Origin: Bacteroidales bacterium
GTDB taxonomy: Bacteria > Bacteroidota > Bacteroidia > Bacteroidales > UBA3663
Reading direction: 5' to 3'
Length of the DNA: 64,000 bases
NCBI GenBank assembly: GCA_017548545.1
Contig: JAFYZW010000127.1
Coordinates: forward strand, 24,201-88,200
This document shows, piece after piece, positions 44,764-50,519 of the stretch. The notes beneath the pieces are model-generated. The model was not told where the DNA came from and ran no database searches. It saw only the letters and a program-made list of their open reading frames with translations. The position numbers were made by a program, and so were the translations under genes. The stretch's first letter is position 1. Each line of letters begins with the position of its first letter.

Positions 44764-46757
44764 GCTGAATCGATTATCTCGTCATCAACGAGGTTGGGGA
44801 GTGTGACTTTGAGGTCGGGGGTGCGTTTCATTTCGCGGCGGATGGCGTCAATGGAACCTTGGTTGCGGGCCCAGGCGCGTCGGGTGATGCCGTTGTTGAC
44901 GTCCCAGAAAAGCATTTGGCGGATATTGCGTTCAGCTTGTTCGGAGCCATCGACGACCATGCCGAAGCCACCATTGATGACTTCTCCCCAGCCTACGCCG
45001 CCACCATTGTGTATGCTGACCCAGGTGGCACCACGGAAGCTGTCGCCGATGACATTCTGGATAGCCATGTCAGCGCAGAACTGCGAGCCGTCGTAGATGT
45101 TCGATGTCTCACGGAAGGGTGAGTCAGTGCCCGACACGTCGTGATGGTCGCGACCAAGTACAACAGGAGCACTGAGTTCTCCACGACGCACGGCATCGTT
45201 AAAGGCAAGGGCGATGCGGGTACGGCCCTCACAATCGGCGTAGAGAATACGGGCTTGTGAGCCCACGACGAGGTGATTGGGACCAGCTTCGCGTATCCAG
45301 TGAATGTTGTCGTCGAGTTGTCCCGCGATGTCGGCACTGGCATGACGGCGTTCGTCCATGAGCACTTCGGTAGCGAGTCGGTCGGTGACTTCCAGATCAT
45401 GCGGGTCGCAAGAGGTGCAAACCCAACGGAACGGACCGAAACCATAGTCGAAGAACATGGGTCCCATGATGTCCTGCACGTAGGAGGGATAGCGGAAACG
45501 GCCATCGGGCAGCAGGATGTCGGCACCCGCACGACTTGACTGAAGCAGAAAAGCGTTGCCGTAGTCGAAGAAGTACATTCCGCGAGCAGTAAGACGGTTA
45601 ATGGCAGCTACTTGTCGGCGCAACGACTCCTGTACGCGCTCTTTGAAGGCGGCGGGGTCTTCGGCCATCATGCGTTTACTTTCTTCGAAAGTGAGGCCCA
45701 CAGGATAATAGCCGCCGGCCCAAGGGTTGTGGAGCGAAGTCTGGTCGGAACCGAGATTCACTTCGATATCTTCTTCAGCGAGGCGTTCCCATAGATCGAC
45801 GACGTTGCCGACGTATGCCATCGAGACAGTACGCCGTTCGGCTACTGCCTTGCGCACAGCGGGGATGAGTTCATCGAGGTTGGTGTGCAGTTCATCGACC
45901 CAGCCTTGTTCATAGCGCTTCTGTGCGGCTTTAGGATTGATTTCGGCCACGACGCTGACCACGCCTGCAATGTTGCCCGCCTTGGGCTGAGCACCACTCA
46001 TGCCACCGAGACCGGAGCTGACGAAGAGAGGTTTCTGGTCACGACCCTGCATGACACGCCGTGCCGCATTGAGCACGGTGATGGTGGTGCCATGCACGAT
46101 GCCTTGTGGTCCGATGTACATGTAGGAACCTGCGGTCATCTGTCCGTATTGGCTTACTCCGAGGGCATTGTCGCGCTCCCAGTCGTCGGGTTTCGAGTAG
46201 TTGGGAATCACCATGCCGTTGGTCACCACGACGCGAGGTGCACCAGGATGCGAGGGGAACAGACCTAGGGGATGACCGGAATACATGACGAGGGTCTGCT
46301 CGTCGGTCATCTCGCTGAGGTACTTCATCACGAGGCGATACTGTGCCCAGTTCATGAAGACCGAACCGTTGCCGCCATAGGTGATGAGCTCGTGGGGGTG
46401 CTGTGCTACACGCGGGTCGAGGTTATTCTGAATCATCAGCATGATGGCAGCAGCCTGTTCGCTGCGATGCGGATAGTCGCCGATGGGACGAGCCTTCATC
46501 TCGTAGCGCGGACGGTAGCGATACATGTAGATGCGTCCGTAGGTGCGTAGTTCCTCGGCAAACTCGGGTGCGAGCACGGCGTGAAACTTCTTGGGGAAGT
46601 AACGTAGGGCGTTGCGTAGGGCAAGGCGCTTCTGGTCGGGTGTCAATATATCCTTGCGCTTGGGCGCATGATTAATCTCAGGATCGTAAGCTTGTGGCTC
46701 GGGCAAATAGTCGGGGATGCCGGCTCGGATGTCGGCTTGGAATTCTTGGAGGGTCAT
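44754..46757 (-). CDS. hutU: Urocanate hydratase
   Basis: MTLQEFQADIRAGIPDY ... long-form urocanase with GLGGMSGAQPKA (NAD-binding) and conserved YVQDIMGP. I trimmed the start to 46757, because the track start at 46904 overlaps ftcD. Confidence 0.9.
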   Translation of the reverse strand: MTLQEFQADIRAGIPDYLPEPQAYDPEINHAPKRKDILTPDQKRLALRNALRYFPKKFHAVLAPEFAEELRTYGRIYMYRYRPRYEMKARPIGDYPHRSEQAAAIMLMIQNNLDPRVAQHPHELITYGGNGSVFMNWAQYRLVMKYLSEMTDEQTLVMYSGHPLGLFPSHPGAPRVVVTNGMVIPNYSKPDDWERDNALGVSQYGQMTAGSYMYIGPQGIVHGTTITVLNAARRVMQGRDQKPLFVSSGLGGMSGAQPKAGNIAGVVSVVAEINPKAAQKRYEQGWVDELHTNLDELIPAVRKAVAERRTVSMAYVGNVVDLWERLAEEDIEVNLGSDQTSLHNPWAGGYYPVGLTFEESKRMMAEDPAAFKERVQESLRRQVAAINRLTARGMYFFDYGNAFLLQSSRAGADILLPDGRFRYPSYVQDIMGPMFFDYGFGPFRWVCTSCDPHDLEVTDRLATEVLMDERRHASADIAGQLDDNIHWIREAGPNHLVVGSQARILYADCEGRTRIALAFNDAVRRGELSAPVVLGRDHHDVSGTDSPFRETSNIYDGSQFCADMAIQNVIGDSFRGATWVSIHNGGGVGWGEVINGGFGMVVDGSEQAERNIRQMLFWDVNNGITRRAWARNQGSIDAIRREMKRTPDLKVTLPNLVDDEIIDSASL

Positions 46758-46762
46758 AGGGG

Positions 46763-48460
46763 TTAAAGTTTTTCTTCGACGATACGGGTGATTTCGGTCT
46801 CTTCGAGGTCGGCACGGTGAGCGATATCGTTGGCTTCGGCGACGAGACGTTCGGCTGTGTCTCGGTCCTTGAGCGAGGCTGCATTGATTTTGACGTTGAG
46901 GCAAGCACCACGCACAGCTGCTCGGATGGCGAGAGCTCCTACGCCGGCATCGGATGCACTGGCGGGATTGCCGGTCAGAGCCATGGCTCGACAGATGCTG
47001 AAGCCACGGAAAGCCGTCTTCATGGTTTCGAGGGGAACCTGAGTGGCATAGAGGGTGGCATTTTGAATGGCTTCACTGCGCAAGCGTTTCTCTTCGTCGT
47101 TCGTTTTTGGCAAACCGAAGGCGCTCATCAAGCCGTTGAAGGCATCGGTGTCGCGATCGACGAGGACGAGCAGTTCGTTCATGACTTGTTGTCCCTGGTC
47201 GGCCCAGTCGCTGAACTCTTGCCAGTGTTCGTCCCAACCGCGCTTGTGGCTCGAAAGGTTGGCGACCATCGCGCCAAGGGCGGCACCGAGAGCTCCCATA
47301 TAGGCTGAGATGGAGCCACCTCCAGGTGCAGGTGATTCGCGCGAAGTCTCTTCAGCAAAACCTTTGACCGTGAGATCGACGAGGCGACGCGGACGCTTCT
47401 CGTCCTCGAGCAGGAACTCGATGACCTTCTCCCGTGGGTTGAAGGGCTTGAGGTCGTCGAGGCCCATCGAACGGATGGCGATGCGGATGATGTCGTCTTC
47501 GGGAATACCTGTCGAACGCTCCTGCTTAGCAAGGAAGTATCGGCCAGCTTCGATGAGGGTGCGCTTGGGTATGAGACCCACGATCTCGGTGCCCGTGACG
47601 CGCAGACCACGGAGGTTGGCACAGCGGCACACCTCGTCGAAGGCTACATGGAGCGGCGTGACATTGATGTCGGTGATATTCATCGACACCTGTGCGATGC
47701 CATATTCGTCGATGTACCACCCGATGGCCTTCGTGCCTTTGAGCGTACCGGGAATCATCAGGGGTTGTCCATCGGCATCCTTGAGCGGTTTGCCGGTGAG
47801 GGAACCTCCCTCGCGCTGAGGACGGCCTTTCTCGCGAACGTCGAAGGCTATGGCATTGGCACGGCGTGTCGAGGTGGTATTGAGGTTAAAGTTGACGGCA
47901 ATGAGGAAGTCACGGGCACCGACCACGGTGCATCCCGTGCATGCGATGGCTTCGTCGAAGGGACGTGCTCCGAAGTCGGGGGCAGTTTCAGGGTTGGCGA
48001 GCTTGTCGGCCAACGCCTCATACTCGCCCGCACGGCACACGGCGAGGTTCTTTCTTTCCGGACGCAGAGCAGCGGCTTCGTAACAATAGGTGGGGATTCG
48101 AAGTTCGTCGGCGATGCGCTGAGCCAATTTGCGTGCCAGGTCGGCACACTCCTGAAGGGTGATGCCCGCGACGGGAATGAGGGGCAGCACATCGGTGGCA
48201 CCCATGCGCGGATGGGCCCCGTGATGATGACGCATGTCGATGAGGCGGCCAGCCAGAGAGACGGCACGGAAAGCAGCTTCGCAAACGGCATCGGGATCTC
48301 CGACAAAGGTAACAACAGTGCGATTGGTGGCCTCGCCTGGATCTACATCGAGCAATTTCACGCCCTTGCAACCCTCGATTTCGGCCCGTATGGCACGGAT
48401 AACATTCATGTCGCGTCCCTCGCTGAAATTGGGGACACATTCGATGATGCGGTTTTCCAT
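46763..48460 (-). CDS. ftcD: Bifunctional glutamate formimidoyltransferase / formimidoyl-THF cyclodeaminase
   Basis: N-terminus IIECVPNFSEGRD (formiminotransferase). The C-terminal roughly 200 aa (FAEETSRESPAPGGGSISAYMGALGAALGAMV) is the cyclodeaminase domain. Confidence 0.85.
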   Translation of the reverse strand: MENRIIECVPNFSEGRDMNVIRAIRAEIEGCKGVKLLDVDPGEATNRTVVTFVGDPDAVCEAAFRAVSLAGRLIDMRHHHGAHPRMGATDVLPLIPVAGITLQECADLARKLAQRIADELRIPTYCYEAAALRPERKNLAVCRAGEYEALADKLANPETAPDFGARPFDEAIACTGCTVVGARDFLIAVNFNLNTTSTRRANAIAFDVREKGRPQREGGSLTGKPLKDADGQPLMIPGTLKGTKAIGWYIDEYGIAQVSMNITDINVTPLHVAFDEVCRCANLRGLRVTGTEIVGLIPKRTLIEAGRYFLAKQERSTGIPEDDIIRIAIRSMGLDDLKPFNPREKVIEFLLEDEKRPRRLVDLTVKGFAEETSRESPAPGGGSISAYMGALGAALGAMVANLSSHKRGWDEHWQEFSDWADQGQQVMNELLVLVDRDTDAFNGLMSAFGLPKTNDEEKRLRSEAIQNATLYATQVPLETMKTAFRGFSICRAMALTGNPASASDAGVGALAIRAAVRGACLNVKINAASLKDRDTAERLVAEANDIAHRADLEETEITRIVEEKL

Positions 48461-48521
48461 CTTGGTGTGTGGTCTATATTATCGGTAGTTTGACTTAAGT
48501 TAGTTTTTCAGAATAGCATGG

Positions 48522-48529
48522 CAAATTTA
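48522..48529 (-). promoter_or_regulatory. -7 box (TAAATTTG) of the hut operon, embedded in CAGAATA/TATTCTG repeats
   Basis: The reverse complement of caaattta matches TAnnTTTG, 62 nt upstream of the ftcD ATG. Confidence 0.5.
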
Positions 48530-48728
48530 ACATATTCTGCAAGAATATACAAGTTTTTTGCGCAGAATCTATGGGCGACACGTGAAATTATCAAGGAATT
48601 CTTATCTTTTGATAAGCAAAGATGGGAAAAATGACATCTATAATTACTAAAATAAGTACAAAACCACTTTTTTTGTTTATTTTTTTGGATGAAGTGGATT
48701 GAAATTTGGAGGATATGAAAAGATGCTT

Positions 48729-48736
48729 TATCTTTG
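48729..48736 (+). promoter_or_regulatory. Orphan -7 box TATCTTTG (full TATCTTTGCACC form) with no plus-strand gene downstream
   Basis: Perfect match to the strongest local promoter form. The next plus-strand CDS is 1.8 kb away, behind two minus-strand genes. Confidence 0.45.
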
Positions 48737-48834
48737 CACCAGTTGTTAGGCTATAATGGCCACAGAATCTCATTTTTTACTACAAGGTATGGTTCCTAAT
48801 AGATAAGCAAAATTAATGTTTACTACAAACGTGA

Positions 48835-48866
48835 AAACAGGTGTGACCGTGAGGCCGCACCTGTTT
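48835..48866. terminator. Hairpin downstream of the DUF4230 pair; possibly also ends a plus-strand short transcript
   Basis: AAACAGGTGTG-N10-CGCACCTGTTT (11-bp stem, one G-U pair). The flanking T runs are weak on both strands. Confidence 0.45.
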
Positions 48867-48891
48867 GCTGTTTCTACGTTTCCTATTCCCC

Positions 48892-49509
48892 TTAATTCCG
48901 TATATACACATGCACATTGTCCTGCTTGAAACCGAAGGAACAGAGCAGGCGCGACATGTATTGGCAGCCATTTGTGATGGCATCGGTCATCAGACCGTCG
49001 CGTTTGGCGTTGTGTTCCACCTTGTCGAGAGCTTCCTGATGCATCTTGTCGAGTTCTGTCTGACTCCACTTGTTGCTGTCGTGGAAGACTATCTTGTCGC
49101 TCGGATTGCAACGGCGGGTGAGGATGCCTGGAGCGGGGAGATAGACGGTGATGGCGCTGTCACCCTGTAGCGTGATATCATCGTCGGAGAGCTTGCTGAG
49201 GTCGAAGCCCGCTTCGATGGTGACGTTGTAGATGATGACGAGGTCATCGTCGGGGATAGGCCATTGGCGATCCTTGGTGTTCACGATTGGAAGTTCCTCG
49301 TAGAAGGAGGCTGTGACGAACTGCCGCATCCCTCTGATACTCTCTACAATTGGGGTGTCGGTCCAGATGGTCTGCTGTGGGACGAAGGTGGACGACATCT
49401 GACGGCCCAGTCGGCTGAAGGGGGAATCTACACCTCGTACCTTCTGAATGCCCCAGAAGAGGAAGATCGCGAGGATGATCCAGCCTATTGTTTTAAGAGT
49501 TCGTTTCAT
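48892..49509 (-). CDS. DUF4230-like membrane-anchored protein
   Basis: One N-terminal TM helix (IGWIILAIFLFWGI), about 200 aa, with IEAGFDLSKL ... ITVYLPAPGIL segments that fit my memory of DUF4230. Confidence 0.55.
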   Translation of the reverse strand: MKRTLKTIGWIILAIFLFWGIQKVRGVDSPFSRLGRQMSSTFVPQQTIWTDTPIVESIRGMRQFVTASFYEELPIVNTKDRQWPIPDDDLVIIYNVTIEAGFDLSKLSDDDITLQGDSAITVYLPAPGILTRRCNPSDKIVFHDSNKWSQTELDKMHQEALDKVEHNAKRDGLMTDAITNGCQYMSRLLCSFGFKQDNVHVYIRN

Positions 49510-49512
49510 GGC

Positions 49513-50109
49513 TTATTCGAATACAATTTTACAACGGGCAGGATTGTAACCTGTTTGCGACAACATGGCACGGAAGAATACCTCTGCCTTGGCTTCGGCC
49601 TGCGGGATGATCTCGAGCTTCCTGATGGTGGCATTCACCTGCTTCTCGCCACTTGCCAGCACCGCGTTGCGCTCGGCAGCTGTGAGGTCGTTCGAAATGC
49701 CTGTGATGCGTTCATAGACGTGGCGAACCTCGCTGTTGGGGATATCGATGTCGAACACCTGGCAGTGGGGTAGGGTGAGCACAGCGGTGCTGTCGTCGGC
49801 GATGACGAGCGCATCGGGTTGTATCCTGCGTGTATCGATGCCCGCGGTGACGTGAGCCGTAAGGCTGTAGAGCACCTCCTTGTCGCCGAGGACACGCCAT
49901 ACGGTCTGATCCTTGCTGCCGCAGATCTCCTTGAGCGTATATTCGACGAATACCAGCCGACTCTCATCCTGCAGGCGGGAGATGCGTTGCCGGGCCAATT
50001 CCTCCCGACGCTGGGCATCGTCACCCTGCATGAGGGAGCACGAGCCGAGCATTGCCAGCAAAGCGAGCACGATAAACGTGGTGAGACGATGATGTGGTTT
50101 ATGGGTCAT
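49513..50109 (-). CDS. DUF4230-like lipoprotein (paralogue of the downstream gene)
   Basis: Lipobox AMLGSC and HVTAGIDTRRI ... AVLTLPHCQVF, analogous to the neighbouring gene. Confidence 0.5.
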   Translation of the reverse strand: MTHKPHHRLTTFIVLALLAMLGSCSLMQGDDAQRREELARQRISRLQDESRLVFVEYTLKEICGSKDQTVWRVLGDKEVLYSLTAHVTAGIDTRRIQPDALVIADDSTAVLTLPHCQVFDIDIPNSEVRHVYERITGISNDLTAAERNAVLASGEKQVNATIRKLEIIPQAEAKAEVFFRAMLSQTGYNPARCKIVFE

Positions 50110-50142
50110 GGTTCAGGGTTCATGGGTTATGGGTTATGGGTT
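50101..50142. repeat. 7-bp tandem repeat (ATGGGTT x3 perfect, 6 units overall) spanning the start codon and 5' UTR of the DUF4230-like gene
   Basis: atgggtc atggttc agggttc atgggtt atgggtt atgggtt. The start codon (50109-50107) lies inside the second and third units. Confidence 0.85.
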
Positions 50143-50159
50143 ATAGAGTTTTGATGCCG

Positions 50160-50167
50160 CAAAGATA
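50160..50167 (-). promoter_or_regulatory. -7 box TATCTTTG for the DUF4230-like pair
   Basis: The reverse complement of caaagata, about 50 nt upstream of the ATG at 50109. Confidence 0.55.
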
Positions 50168-50225
50168 AACCATTTTTTCCATTCCTCCAAATTTTCGCAT
50201 AAAAAAGTTGTCGCCTGTTGCAAAC

Positions 50226-50261
50226 GAGGCAGGCACCATCCTCACGGACGATGCCTGCCTC
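50226..50261 (-). terminator. Strong hairpin downstream of the orphan minus-strand promoter
   Basis: The minus strand reads GAGGCAGGCA-N16-TGCCTGCCTC (10-bp perfect GC-rich stem, extendable). A T6 run follows 19 nt later. Confidence 0.5.
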
Positions 50262-50308
50262 ATTGTTACACACACATATACATAAATTAACTAACACTTT
50301 AACTGGTG

Positions 50309-50316
50309 CAAAGATA
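50309..50316 (-). promoter_or_regulatory. Second, orphan -7 box TATCTTTG (TATCTTTGCACCAGTT) on the minus strand
   Basis: Identical over 16 nt to the orphan box at 48729. It lies about 45 nt upstream of the 50261-50226 hairpin. Confidence 0.45.
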
Positions 50317-50371
50317 GGTGATAGTTTCGATTTCGAATAGCAATTTTCGTTCATTGAATAGAAAATACAAC

Positions 50372-50381
50372 ATTTGTTGCA
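50372..50381 (-). promoter_or_regulatory. ATTTGTTGCA motif copy upstream of the HTCS promoter (candidate HTCS operator half-site)
   Basis: The same 10-mer as at 53462-53471, and the reverse complement of 53483-53492 and 62891-62900. It lies about 65 bp upstream of the -7 box at 50443. Confidence 0.4.
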
Positions 50382-50442
50382 TCTTTTGACCAAAAATTTA
50401 TATTATTATGATGAAAAATTTGGAAAAAGCACGAAAAATAAC

Positions 50443-50450
50443 TATTTTTG
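50443..50450 (+). promoter_or_regulatory. -7 box TATTTTTG for the HTCS gene
   Basis: TAnnTTTG match 70 nt upstream of the ATG at 50520. Confidence 0.5.
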
Positions 50451-50519
50451 CACTCGTAAATCATTGATTTCTTTCAATGCATAAATGGAAATTTATTTGG
50501 CTTTAATGATTTATTAACC

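Noticed and set aside
44754-46904. The longer N-terminal extensions given by the ORF track for hutU (46904), argB (39075), the S41 peptidase (17161), the THUMP methyltransferase (13459), the esterase (24099) and the OMP (17124).
   Set aside because: The extensions overlap the upstream gene or a promoter box, are Arg/Pro/Ser-rich or otherwise non-homologous, and each has an internal Met that begins exactly at the conserved family N-terminus or signal peptide. I trimmed the starts accordingly.
50127-50393. The 88-aa minus ORF (MVKRCNKCCIFYSM...) and the 60-aa and 113-aa ORFs at 48591..49111 in the two AT-rich intergenic regions.
   Set aside because: They run across promoter boxes and hairpins, have implausible composition (Cys/Asn/Lys-rich, no hydrophobic core), and one overlaps the DUF4230-like CDS. 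A non-coding function is more likely.
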